Shown here: piece by piece, positions 27,347 through 36,394 of the stretch
Layout of the letters: each line of letters opens with the position of its first letter
Numbering within the stretch: the stretch's first letter is position 1
Source: a bacterium
Lineage (GTDB): Bacteria; Cyanobacteriota; Sericytochromatia; S15B-MN24; UBA4093
Assembly: GCA_035285805.1 (NCBI GenBank)
Contig: JAYKJE010000008.1
Location: 13,902-77,901, forward strand
Direction: 5' to 3'
DNA length: 64,000 nucleotides
Made by a program: the position numbers and the translations under genes
Notes under the pieces: generated by a model
The model's database searches: none
What the model was told of the DNA's origin: nothing
The model's input: only the letters and a program-made list of their open reading frames with translations

Positions 27347-29053
27347 ATGCGACGTCGTGGTGGCTGGTCGAGGTGGGCCGGGGTTCTGACCCTGGTGGCC
27401 TGTACGGGCAACAACCCGGCTGCTCCGGGCTCCACCAATCCGTCCCTTCCGGGTGCAACCGGCACGTCGGCCTCGGCCGCCCGGACCGAGGCCGTCCCCG
27501 ACCGCATCACCATCAAGGGGGCGATCGCCGACGCGCGGACCGGTGAGGCCCTGGCCAGGGCCGTGCTGTTTTACCGGGTGGTGCCGACGGAACCCTTCGC
27601 TCCGGCCTTCGACGCCTCCGGTTCGCTCGAGGCCTCCGCCTCCTCGGGGGATCTCACCCTGCCGCCTCCCGTACCGGCCGTGCCGCCGGGCGCCTCCGCC
27701 CCCCCGACACGCGGTAACGCGGGGCGACTGGGCGCATCGGCCCCGAGACGTCCCGCCCCGACTCCCGTTCCCGCCGATACCCTGCGCAAGGTCGTCGCGG
27801 ACGACCGGGGGCAGTTCGAGCTGCGCGACGTCGCTCCCGGGACGCTCCAGGTCACGTGCTGGGCACCCGGCCACGAGGCCCTGACGGTCAGCGGGAGTCG
27901 TCCCACCCAGCTCCAGCTCTCGCTGGAGCCGCTGGAGCCCGGCACGGGGCTCAGCGTGCGAGGTCAGGTGCTCGCCGGGGGGGACCGGCCCCGACCGGCT
28001 GCCGGCATCCGGATCACGGCTGCGACCCGGCGCGGAGAGCTGGGCCCTGAGCTGGCCACGACCGATCCGGACGGACAGTTCACCATGGCCGGGTTCCAGG
28101 AAGGCAAGACGGCCCTCGGAGCGCTGCTGGTCGATGGTGAAGAGGTCAAGGCCTGGGCCTTCCTGGACGAGGTCCGGGTCTCCGGCACGCGGGACAAGGC
28201 TCCTGCCTCGCCGTCCCTGACGCTGCGGGCCGCGACGCACCCCGTCTTTCTGGCTGGCTCCGTCACCTCGCCGAGCAAGACCCTCGTGCCCCGACAGATC
28301 CTCGCCAGCCTCGTCACTCCACGGGGCGAGATGCCCATCCTGTCGAGGGTCCCGGACCCGGACGGGTTCTTCCGCTTCGCCTTGCCCGCCCTCGCCCAGG
28401 GGCACGCCTACCGGCTGGTGGCCACGGGGCTCGAAGGCCAGGCCACGACCCGTATCGCTCGCGGAGAGCTGGGGGCCTCCGATCAGAAACTCGAGCTGGC
28501 CCTGCCGCGTCTGATGCCGGCGCCGGAACTCGCCTGGGAGGGGGACGAGGGGACCTTGCGCTGGGAGGCCGTCCCGGGAGCCTCGGCTTATCTCGTCCAG
28601 ATCGAGACGGTGGGCGACGAGCCGCGTGCCATCTGGCGGGCTCACGTCGCGGGAACCCGGGTCACCCTGCCCCTGCCTGCCGATGTGTCCCTGCTGTCAC
28701 GGGGGACGACCTATCGCCTGACGACGACGGCCATCCAGGTCGCCGACCGGGCCACGTGGGACCTCGCCGATCTGGCCGAGGCTCCCTGGGTCCAGCGTGT
28801 CTCCCATGAGCCGCTGACCTTCCAGCTGGGGCAGCCCCTGCAAGCCAGCGCTGCCCCCGAGGCCTCCGGCTCGGCCCCGTTGCCTCCGGACGGGATCGCG
28901 CCTCCCGACGTGCGTCCGTCGGTGGCCACCACGCCCCTCCCCGGGCCTCGCGTCGTGAAGAAGCCTGCTGCCAGGGGCAAGCTGAAGGCCACACCCGCGC
29001 CCAGGCTCAAGCCCACCCCCGCGCCCAAGCCCACCCGCAAGCCACCCCGCTGA
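27347..29053 (+). CDS. Multi-domain lipoprotein (carboxypeptidase-regulatory-like beta-sandwich repeats, FN3-like module, K/P-rich tail)
   Basis: AAGGAG upstream. Lipobox LTLVAC. Repeated motifs such as IKGAIADARTGEALARAVL, DDRGQFELRDVAPGTLQV, TDPDGQFTMAGF, PDPDGFFRFAL. C-terminal KKPAARGKLKATPAPRLKPTPAPKPTRKPPR. Confidence 0.65.
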   Translation: MRRRGGWSRWAGVLTLVACTGNNPAAPGSTNPSLPGATGTSASAARTEAVPDRITIKGAIADARTGEALARAVLFYRVVPTEPFAPAFDASGSLEASASSGDLTLPPPVPAVPPGASAPPTRGNAGRLGASAPRRPAPTPVPADTLRKVVADDRGQFELRDVAPGTLQVTCWAPGHEALTVSGSRPTQLQLSLEPLEPGTGLSVRGQVLAGGDRPRPAAGIRITAATRRGELGPELATTDPDGQFTMAGFQEGKTALGALLVDGEEVKAWAFLDEVRVSGTRDKAPASPSLTLRAATHPVFLAGSVTSPSKTLVPRQILASLVTPRGEMPILSRVPDPDGFFRFALPALAQGHAYRLVATGLEGQATTRIARGELGASDQKLELALPRLMPAPELAWEGDEGTLRWEAVPGASAYLVQIETVGDEPRAIWRAHVAGTRVTLPLPADVSLLSRGTTYRLTTTAIQVADRATWDLADLAEAPWVQRVSHEPLTFQLGQPLQASAAPEASGSAPLPPDGIAPPDVRPSVATTPLPGPRVVKKPAARGKLKATPAPRLKPTPAPKPTRKPPR

Positions 29054-29970
29054 TGAGCGTGCTGCCCGGGCAGGTGATCGTCCTGGACCTGGAGACCTCC
29101 GGCGAGGATTACCGTCTGGACCGCATCATCGAGGTCGGGGCCGTGCGCCTCGATGGCGATCGCGAAGTCGAGGCGTTTCACGCCTGGGTCGATCCAGGGG
29201 GCCCCCTGAGGCCCTCGAACATCGCCATCCACGGCATCACCGACGAGATGCTCGCAGGGGCCGAGAGCCTGGCCGTCGTCCTGCAGCGCCTGCGCGACTT
29301 TCTGGGGACCTGGCCCTGGGTGGCCCACAATGCACCCTTCGACCAGCGCTTCCTTCAGCACCACGGACAGGCATGCGGCATCGCCTTCGAGAATCCGGTG
29401 TTCGATTCGCTGGCCCTCGCACGCGAGGTCTTTCCCGCCGACAAGGGCCTCTCGCTGGCCCGGCTGGCCGAGCGCCTGGGGGTCGAACCGCGTCCCACGC
29501 ACCGGGCGCTCGAAGATGCCCGCGCCCTCGCGGCAGTGTACCCGCTGCTGCGCGAGCGGGTCGAGACGGGCCGGCGTGAACGGCGAGCGCGCTTCGCCGA
29601 GATCTCGGACCTGGCCCTGCGCTATCACGAGCTCGTGGGCGCGCTGGCGAGCGTGCAGACAGAGATGAAGGACCTCCGGCGCATCCTCGATCTGTATCTC
29701 GACGAGACCGGCCTGCAGGAGATCGAGGTTCCCGGAAAGGGGCGCTGGCGCGCGGCCTCGACGATGCGGCATACGTTCCATCCGGAAGAGGTCCGGGCCG
29801 TGCTCGCGGCCCTGGGGTTGCTCGAACCCTGCCTGCGACTCGACCGCGAGCGGGTGGCGCGCCTGGCCGAGGGGGACCGCCTGTCGCCGGGCGATCGCGA
29901 GGCCCTGCTGGCCACCCGCCGGGAACTGGGTGTCCAGCGCACCTTGCACTGGGAAGAGGAAGGGGTCTGA
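29053..29970 (+). CDS. DEDDh (DnaQ-like) 3'-5' exonuclease with uncharacterised C-terminal domain of about 130 aa
   Basis: Exo I VLDLETSG, Exo II AHNAPFDQRFL, Exo III HRALEDARA. The start shares one base with the upstream stop (TGATG). Confidence 0.8.
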   Translation: MSVLPGQVIVLDLETSGEDYRLDRIIEVGAVRLDGDREVEAFHAWVDPGGPLRPSNIAIHGITDEMLAGAESLAVVLQRLRDFLGTWPWVAHNAPFDQRFLQHHGQACGIAFENPVFDSLALAREVFPADKGLSLARLAERLGVEPRPTHRALEDARALAAVYPLLRERVETGRRERRARFAEISDLALRYHELVGALASVQTEMKDLRRILDLYLDETGLQEIEVPGKGRWRAASTMRHTFHPEEVRAVLAALGLLEPCLRLDRERVARLAEGDRLSPGDREALLATRRELGVQRTLHWEEEGV

Positions 29971-30539
29971 TGCACGTGGAAGATGCCCACCTGGTGGAGA
30001 CGCTGGTTTCCGCCGAGACCGTCTTCGCCGGAAACCTCCTGCATGTCCGCAGGGACGTCGTGCGGACGCCTTCGGGGCGAGAGGCCTCGCGCGAGGTCAT
30101 CGAGCATCCGGGGGCCGTCGCGATCCTCGTCCAGGATGAGCAGGGCCGCGTCTGCCTCGTCCGGCAGTACCGGCATGCGACGGGGTCGGTCCTCGTGGAA
30201 CTGCCCGCGGGCAAGCTCGATCGGCGTCCGGATGGGACGACCGAGGAGCCCCTCCGGGCCGCCCAGCGGGAACTCGCGGAGGAATGTCAGCTCCGCGCCG
30301 GTACGTGGCACCACCTGCTCGACTTCTACCTGGCTGCCGGCTACTCGAGCGAGAAGATGAGTCTCTTCAGGGCCCTCGACCTCGCCCCGGTCGATGGGCG
30401 TCCCGACGACGACGAGTTCCTGGAGTGCGTCTGGTGGTCCGCAGACGAGGCGATCGCTGCGGTGCGTGGAGGGCAGATCGTCGATTCCAAGACCATCATC
30501 GGGCTCTCCTTCCTCCTGTCGGGAGGATGGGGTGGCTGA
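29970..30539 (+). CDS. Nudix hydrolase (ADP-ribose pyrophosphatase-like)
   Basis: Nudix box GKLDRRPDGTTEEPLRAAQRELAEECQL; N-terminal beta domain as in NudF-type enzymes. TGATG junction with the exonuclease gene. Confidence 0.85.
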   Translation: MHVEDAHLVETLVSAETVFAGNLLHVRRDVVRTPSGREASREVIEHPGAVAILVQDEQGRVCLVRQYRHATGSVLVELPAGKLDRRPDGTTEEPLRAAQRELAEECQLRAGTWHHLLDFYLAAGYSSEKMSLFRALDLAPVDGRPDDDEFLECVWWSADEAIAAVRGGQIVDSKTIIGLSFLLSGGWGG

Positions 30540-31761
30540 CGAGGTCAGGCGAAAGCACCTCCACATGGCCCTCGAAGTGGCCTGCCAGGATGGTCCCATC
30601 CCGTTCGAAACCTTCATGGATCTCGCCCTGTATCACCCGGAGGGTGGGTTCTACACGCGGCCCGGGATGACGGTCGGGCAGGGCGGGGACTTTCATACCA
30701 GCGTCTCGCTCGACCCGGCCTTCGGGATCTGTCTCGCTCGCCATCTCGAGCAGGTCTGGGACGCCACCGGACGTCCCCGGACCCTGCGCTGGGTGGAGCT
30801 GGGGCCCGGTACGGGTGACCTGGCACACCAGATTCTCGGTGAGTTGCTCCGGTCGCGCGGGGGGTGGGCCACGCTGGAGTGTGTCCTGGTCGAGCGCAGT
30901 CCGTCGCTCAGAGCTCGCCAGAAGGCTCGGCTGGCGCCGTACCTGTCGCCCCGGGTCACGGTTCGCTGGGTCGACGACCTCACGGAGCTGGCCTCTCCGG
31001 GCACTTACCGGGGACATATCCTGAGCAACGAGTTCTTCGATGCTCTGGCCGTCCGCCGGGTGATCGGGACGTCCGACGGCTTCGCCGAGATCGGGGTGAT
31101 CCACGAGGGAGGCGGGCGGTTTCGCCAGGTCGGGATGGTGCCGACCACTCCCGAACTGGCCGCGGCGCTCGATCGGGCCGGGGTGACCCTGCGACCCGGT
31201 CAGCAGACCGAACTCGGATTGATCGCTGCACGAACGATGCGTACCCTCGTGACCTGGCTCGGGTGTGGGACGGTTCTGACCATCGACTATGGTGGCGCGG
31301 CCCGGGAGGTCCACGCTCCCCACCGCATGAAGGGTTCGATCCGCGGGTACTGGCGTCAGCTCCGGATGGACGACCCTCTCGCGCACCCCGGTGAGCAGGA
31401 TCTGACGGCCGACGTCGATTTTTCGGCCCTCTCCCGGGTCGGCGAGGAGGCAGGAGCGCGGACCCTGGGTCTCGTCTTCCAGGGAGAGTTCCTGCAGGGT
31501 CTCGGGATCGCACACCTCGAAGCCGAGCGGCTCGCCGGGATCGAGGGGGCGCTCACCCGGCAGGAAGTGGCTGCGCCGATCCGCCGTCTGTATCGCCCCG
31601 AGGCGATGGGGGATGGTTTCCGGGTGCTCGTCCAGGAAAAGGGGACGGGGTTGCAGGCTTCGGCGCTTTCCGGCCTGTCGGGCGAGCCCTGGCGTCCGTC
31701 CCGACGTCCGGGCTGGCCCCGGGGTCCGGGAGCGGTCTGGTCGCGACTTTTCCGAGGCTGA
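30532..31761 (+). CDS. MidA/NDUFAF7-family (DUF185) SAM-dependent methyltransferase
   Basis: [57 protein letters not shown]..., [19 protein letters not shown]. Start is the GTG at 30532 (overlaps the Nudix stop by 8 nt) or the ATG at 30565. Confidence 0.75.
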   Translation: MADEVRRKHLHMALEVACQDGPIPFETFMDLALYHPEGGFYTRPGMTVGQGGDFHTSVSLDPAFGICLARHLEQVWDATGRPRTLRWVELGPGTGDLAHQILGELLRSRGGWATLECVLVERSPSLRARQKARLAPYLSPRVTVRWVDDLTELASPGTYRGHILSNEFFDALAVRRVIGTSDGFAEIGVIHEGGGRFRQVGMVPTTPELAAALDRAGVTLRPGQQTELGLIAARTMRTLVTWLGCGTVLTIDYGGAAREVHAPHRMKGSIRGYWRQLRMDDPLAHPGEQDLTADVDFSALSRVGEEAGARTLGLVFQGEFLQGLGIAHLEAERLAGIEGALTRQEVAAPIRRLYRPEAMGDGFRVLVQEKGTGLQASALSGLSGEPWRPSRRPGWPRGPGAVWSRLFRG

Positions 31762-31782
31762 GCCCGCCTTTCGGGCCTTCCG

Positions 31783-31791
31783 TGTTAAGAT
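31783..31791 (+). promoter_or_regulatory. Possible extended -10 element (TGTTAAGAT) upstream of nuoA
   Basis: Read directly, 80 nt upstream of the nuoA ATG in a locally AT-richer leader. No convincing -35. Confidence 0.25.
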
Positions 31792-31871
31792 ATCGGATCG
31801 GGGTGGTCCAGAAGTCGTAAAGAGCTTCGGGGCCCGTCTCTACAGTCCGTCAGGGAGTCAAGCGCCGAATC

Positions 31872-32261
31872 ATGCTGGATCCAACCATGCTCGATCCCAA
31901 CGTCACCTTCGCGCTGCTCGTGGTGCTCGCCCTGGCCATCGGTGTCCCCGTCGTGATGCTGATCCTGCACGCTCTGCTGGGTCGGGCTCGCGTGCGGACC
32001 GAGGCCAAGGGGTCGACCTACGAAGCGGGCATCAAGCCCGCCGCGACCGTGGGGTCGGCCCGGGAACGTTTCTCGGTCAAGTTCTATCTCATCGCCATCC
32101 TGTTCATCATCTTCGATGTCGAGGCCGTGTTCCTGTATCCGTGGGCGGTCAACTTCCAGAAGCTGGGTCTGTACGGCTTCGTCGAGATGCTCATCTTCCT
32201 CGCGGTGCTGTTCGCCGGCTTCATCTACATCCTCCGGAGGGGAGCGCTCAAATGGGAGTAG
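31872..32261 (+). CDS. nuoA: NADH-quinone oxidoreductase subunit A
   Basis: YEAGIKP ... [26 protein letters not shown]. Alternative ATG at 31887. Confidence 0.9.
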   Translation: MLDPTMLDPNVTFALLVVLALAIGVPVVMLILHALLGRARVRTEAKGSTYEAGIKPAATVGSARERFSVKFYLIAILFIIFDVEAVFLYPWAVNFQKLGLYGFVEMLIFLAVLFAGFIYILRRGALKWE

Positions 32262-32740
32262 AAACCCAGGGTGAAGCCAGCTGGCTGGTCACCCGCGTCG
32301 ACGAGGTTCTCAACTGGGGTCGCAAGTACAGCCTGTGGCCGATGACCTTCGGTACGGCGTGCTGCGCCATCGAGTTCATGGGTGCCGTGAGCTCGGTGTT
32401 CGATCTGGCCCGCTTCGGCGCCGAGGTCGTGCGGTTCAGCCCCCGTCAGGCCGATCTCCTGCTCGTCGCCGGAACCATCACCTACAAGCAGGCTCCGGTC
32501 CTCAAGCAGATCTACGACCAGATGCCCGATCCCAAGTGGGTCATCTCGATGGGGGCATGTGCCTCTTCGGGCGGCTTCTATGACAACTACTGCACGGTCC
32601 AGGGGATCGACGAGTTCGTGCCGGTCGATGTCTACATTGCCGGTTGCCCTCCGCGCCCCGAGGCCATCCTCGATGCCATCATCAAGCTCCAGGAAGGGGT
32701 CGTCTCGAAGGAGACCATCGCTTCCGGTGCCTCGGCCTGA
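32252..32740 (+). CDS. nuoB: NADH-quinone oxidoreductase subunit B
   Basis: Internal ATG overlapping nuoA by 10 nt. [30 protein letters not shown] (N2 ligands). Confidence 0.92.
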   Translation: MGVETQGEASWLVTRVDEVLNWGRKYSLWPMTFGTACCAIEFMGAVSSVFDLARFGAEVVRFSPRQADLLLVAGTITYKQAPVLKQIYDQMPDPKWVISMGACASSGGFYDNYCTVQGIDEFVPVDVYIAGCPPRPEAILDAIIKLQEGVVSKETIASGASA

Positions 32741-32760
32741 CCGACAGGAAGGTTTGTTCC

Positions 32761-33306
32761 ATGGAGATGAGCCTCACGCTCCGCAAGCTCAAGGAAAAGT
32801 TCGGAGACAAGATCCTGTCGATGTCCTCCTGGCGCGGTGACGATACCGTCGTCGTTGGCAAGGATTCGCTGATCGCCGTCGTCACGTTCCTTCGAGACGA
32901 CGCCGAACTCTCGTACAACTTCCTGGTCGACATCGGTGGCGTAGACTACATGACGCATCCGAAGCCCCAGCCCCAGCGGTTCGCGGTGGCCTATCACTTC
33001 CTGTCGATGGCCTTCAAGCATCGCGTCCGGGTCAAGGTGTTCGCGAGCGCCAAGGATGAAATCCCGACCCTCACGGGGATGTGGAAGTCCGCTGACTGGT
33101 GCGAGCGCGAGATTTTCGACCAGTATGGCCTGCGCTTCGCGGGACACCCCAATCTCAAGCGCCTGCTCAACCACGTCGAATTCGTCGGTCACCCGCTGCG
33201 CAAGGACTACCCCATCAAGAAGCGGCAGGTCCTCTCGGCGAGCGATCCCATGATGGATGAGATGAAGAAGCGCCTGGCCCTCAAGGGCCTCGTGGTGGAA
33301 AGGTAG
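32761..33306 (+). CDS. nuoC: NADH-quinone oxidoreductase subunit C
   Basis: ATG after AGGAAGG. WKSADWCEREIFDQYGLRFAGHP ... PLRKDYP. Confidence 0.9.
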   Translation: MEMSLTLRKLKEKFGDKILSMSSWRGDDTVVVGKDSLIAVVTFLRDDAELSYNFLVDIGGVDYMTHPKPQPQRFAVAYHFLSMAFKHRVRVKVFASAKDEIPTLTGMWKSADWCEREIFDQYGLRFAGHPNLKRLLNHVEFVGHPLRKDYPIKKRQVLSASDPMMDEMKKRLALKGLVVER

Positions 33307-33310
33307 CCCC

Positions 33311-34552
33311 ATGGCAGCGAATCCCGGACAGATCGTCCCCACGGCTCTCGACGAGGGTCTGGAGCGCGAATTCTATCGCGACCTGCACACCGATCTCATG
33401 TTCCTCAACCTCGGCCCGTCGCACCCGGCTGCTCACGGCACGCTGCGGACCTTCGTCGCGCTCGACGGGGAGACCATCAAGGCGGCCGTCGCCGAGATCG
33501 GGTACCTGCATCGCGGTTTCGAGAAGACCGTCGAGCAGCGCACCTGGACGCAGGCCATCCCGTACACGGACCGGCTGAACTACTGCTCGGCCGCACTCAA
33601 CAACTTCGCCTTCTGCTCGGCCGTCGAGAAGATGCTCGACATCCAGATCACCCCGCGCGCCGCGGCCATTCGCGTCATCGTGGGCGAGCTCATGCGCATC
33701 ATCGACCACCTGATCTGCATCGGGACCAACCTGGTCGACATCGGGGCGCTGACGAACTTCTGGCTGACCTTCAACAAGCGCGAGCTGGCATACGATGTGC
33801 TGGACAAGCTCTGCGGGGCCCGTCTCACGAACTCGTACGGCCGCATCGGTGGCCTGTACCGTGACCTTTACGATGGAGCGACGCAGGATATCCTGCACGT
33901 CGTCAAGGAGTGTGAGGAAGCGGTCGACGAGGTCGAGAAGCTCATTCGCAAGAACCAGATCTTCATCGGTCGTTCGAAAGATGTCTGCGTCTTTTCGGCC
34001 GAGCAGGCGCTCTCGTATGGCTTCACCGGACCCTGCCTCCGCGCCTCGGGCGTGGACTGGGATCTGCGCAAGGCCACCCCGTACTGGGGTTACGAGCAGT
34101 ATGACTTCGAGGTGCCCGTCGGGACCGTTGGCGACACCTGGGACCGCATCATGCTGCGGTTCTACGAGGTTCGCGAGAGTGCCAAGATCATCCGCCAGGC
34201 CATCCGCGCGCTGCCGGGTGGTGCGGTCAACGTCTCGGATCCTCGCATCTCCCTGCCCGAGAAGAAGGACGCTTACCAGAATATCGAAGGGCTGATCAAC
34301 CACTTCAAGCTGATCTTCGAGGGCATCCGGGTGCCGGCTGGCGAGATCTACCACGGCATCGAGGCGGCCAACGGCGAACTCGGGTTCTACCTGACGTCCG
34401 ACGGGTCCGGCCACCCGTACCGCGTCCGCGTCCGCCCGCCCTGCTTCATGATCTTCTCGGCGTTCCCCGAGATGATCGAGGGCTACATGATCTCGGATGC
34501 GATCGCGACCCTCGGCTCCATCAACATCATCGCTGGCGAACTCGATCGCTAG
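33311..34552 (+). CDS. nuoD: NADH-quinone oxidoreductase subunit D
   Basis: LNLGPSHPAAHGTLR, IGYLHRGFEKT, RVRPPCF. Confidence 0.95.
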   Translation: MAANPGQIVPTALDEGLEREFYRDLHTDLMFLNLGPSHPAAHGTLRTFVALDGETIKAAVAEIGYLHRGFEKTVEQRTWTQAIPYTDRLNYCSAALNNFAFCSAVEKMLDIQITPRAAAIRVIVGELMRIIDHLICIGTNLVDIGALTNFWLTFNKRELAYDVLDKLCGARLTNSYGRIGGLYRDLYDGATQDILHVVKECEEAVDEVEKLIRKNQIFIGRSKDVCVFSAEQALSYGFTGPCLRASGVDWDLRKATPYWGYEQYDFEVPVGTVGDTWDRIMLRFYEVRESAKIIRQAIRALPGGAVNVSDPRISLPEKKDAYQNIEGLINHFKLIFEGIRVPAGEIYHGIEAANGELGFYLTSDGSGHPYRVRVRPPCFMIFSAFPEMIEGYMISDAIATLGSINIIAGELDR

Positions 34553-34571
34553 AGCGCGGACAGGACGACTC

Positions 34572-35114
34572 ATGTTTGCATTCAACGAAGACAGCGAGCG
34601 GCGTTTCCAGGACGTCCTCTCGCACTTTCCTCCGGAGCAGCGCCGGGCGGCGACCCTGCCGACCCTGTGGATCGCCCAGGAACAGCACGGTTGGCTCCCC
34701 CCCGAGGTACTCGAGTACTGTGCGAAACGACTCGGTGAGACCCCGGCGCATGTCTACGGGGTGGCCACCTTCTACACGATGTACCTGACCGAGAAGCCGG
34801 GGAATCACCTGCTCGAGGTCTGCACGTCGGTGTCGTGCTGCCTCACGGGCGGTCGCGAGACGTTGCGGTACATGTGCGACAAGCTTGGCATCGAGCCCGG
34901 CGAGACGACGCCCGACGGCAAGTTCACGGTCCGGGCCGCCGAGTGCCTCGGTTCCTGTGATACCAGCCCGATGATGCAGGTCGACAACGATGTGTTCGTC
35001 GAGAATCTCACGCCCGAGCGGGTCGATGCCCTGCTCACGGAGCTCGCCGACAGGCCGTGGGGCACCCGCACGGAGCAGGCCAGCTTCACCGCTGCTGGAA
35101 ACCGGAGGTTCTGA
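34572..35114 (+). CDS. nuoE: NADH-quinone oxidoreductase subunit E
   Basis: LEVCTSVSCCL ... AECLGSCDTSPMMQV (N1a 2Fe-2S ligands). Confidence 0.92.
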   Translation: MFAFNEDSERRFQDVLSHFPPEQRRAATLPTLWIAQEQHGWLPPEVLEYCAKRLGETPAHVYGVATFYTMYLTEKPGNHLLEVCTSVSCCLTGGRETLRYMCDKLGIEPGETTPDGKFTVRAAECLGSCDTSPMMQVDNDVFVENLTPERVDALLTELADRPWGTRTEQASFTAAGNRRF

Positions 35115-35116
35115 TC

Positions 35117-36382
35117 ATGGCCTTCACGCCCGTTCTTTCGATTCGCTTCGATGTCCCCGGGGCCTCACGTCTCGAGGTCTACGAGGCCCACGGCGGCTAT
35201 CAGGCCGTGCGCAAGGCTCTCGGGATGGAGCCGGCCGCCCTCATCGAAGAAGTCAAGCAGTCCGGCCTCCGGGGTCGCGGCGGTGCCGGGTTCCCCACGG
35301 GGCTCAAGTGGAGTTTCATCCCCAAGGATTCTCCGAAGCCCAGGTACCTCGTCGTCAACGCCGACGAGTCGGAGCCCGGTACGTTCAAGGATCGCAAGAT
35401 CATGGAGCGCGACCCCCATGCGCTCATCGAGGGCTGCATCATCTCGGCCTTCGCGATCGGGGCTCACAAGGCTTACATCTACATCCGCGGTGAGTTCAAC
35501 CAGCAGCGGCTCAACGTCGATGACGCCATCCGCGAGGCCTACGCCAGGGGGTATCTGGGCAAGAACATCCTGGGTTCGGGCTTCGACCTCGACCTCTACA
35601 CCCACCGCGGTGCAGGGGCTTACATCTGCGGCGAGGAAACAGGCCTGCTCGAGTCGCTCGAGGGCAAGAAGGGCCAACCGCGCCTGAAGCCGCCCTTCCC
35701 GGCGACCCACGGTCTCTTCCAGTGCCCGACCGTCGTCAACAACGTCGAGACGATCGCCACCGTGCCGTGGATCGTCCAGCACGGGGCTGCCGCCTATGCG
35801 GCGATGGGGACCGAGAAGGCCAAGGGCACGCGCCTGATGTGCGTCTCGGGCCATGTCAACAAGCCCGGTGTCTACGAGATCGAGATGGGCATCCCGATGA
35901 AGCAGTTCATCGAGGAGCATGCCGGCGGGATCCGTATGGGCCGCAAGCTCAAGGCCGTCATCCCGGGAGGATCGAGCTGCCCGATCCTCACGGCCGAGCA
36001 GGCCGAGAGCGTCACGATGGATCCGGAAGCGATCGCCGCACTGGGTTCGATGGCCGGTTCGGGTGGCATGATCGTCATCGACGACCAGACCGACATGGTG
36101 GACCTGCTCGAGGATCTGCTGCACTTCTACCAGCACGAGTCGTGCGGTCAGTGCACCCCGTGCCGCGAGGGTACCGACTGGCTGTACAAGATCATCCAGC
36201 GAATCAATGCCGGCAAAGGCACGACCGAGGAACTCGACGCGGTGCTCGACATCGCTGACAACATGGAAGGCAAGACCATCTGTGCGCTGGCCGCGGCCGC
36301 GACCATGCCGACTCGCTCTTACATCAAGGCGTACCGGCACGAGTTCGAGGCCAAGATCAAGCGCGAGCGCATGACGGTCTAG
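35117..36382 (+). CDS. nuoF: NADH-quinone oxidoreductase subunit F
   Basis: GLRGRGGAGFPTGLKW, NADESEPGTFKDR, ESCGQCTPCREG. Confidence 0.95.
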   Translation: MAFTPVLSIRFDVPGASRLEVYEAHGGYQAVRKALGMEPAALIEEVKQSGLRGRGGAGFPTGLKWSFIPKDSPKPRYLVVNADESEPGTFKDRKIMERDPHALIEGCIISAFAIGAHKAYIYIRGEFNQQRLNVDDAIREAYARGYLGKNILGSGFDLDLYTHRGAGAYICGEETGLLESLEGKKGQPRLKPPFPATHGLFQCPTVVNNVETIATVPWIVQHGAAAYAAMGTEKAKGTRLMCVSGHVNKPGVYEIEMGIPMKQFIEEHAGGIRMGRKLKAVIPGGSSCPILTAEQAESVTMDPEAIAALGSMAGSGGMIVIDDQTDMVDLLEDLLHFYQHESCGQCTPCREGTDWLYKIIQRINAGKGTTEELDAVLDIADNMEGKTICALAAAATMPTRSYIKAYRHEFEAKIKRERMTV

Positions 36383-36394
36383 GAGAGTCACTTC

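Noticed and set aside
31872-31901. Direct repeat of the first codons of nuoA (ATGCTGGATCCAACC / ATGCTCGATCCCAAC, giving [10 protein letters not shown])
   Set aside because: A short 5-codon duplication that merely gives two possible start codons; no evidence of regulatory function.
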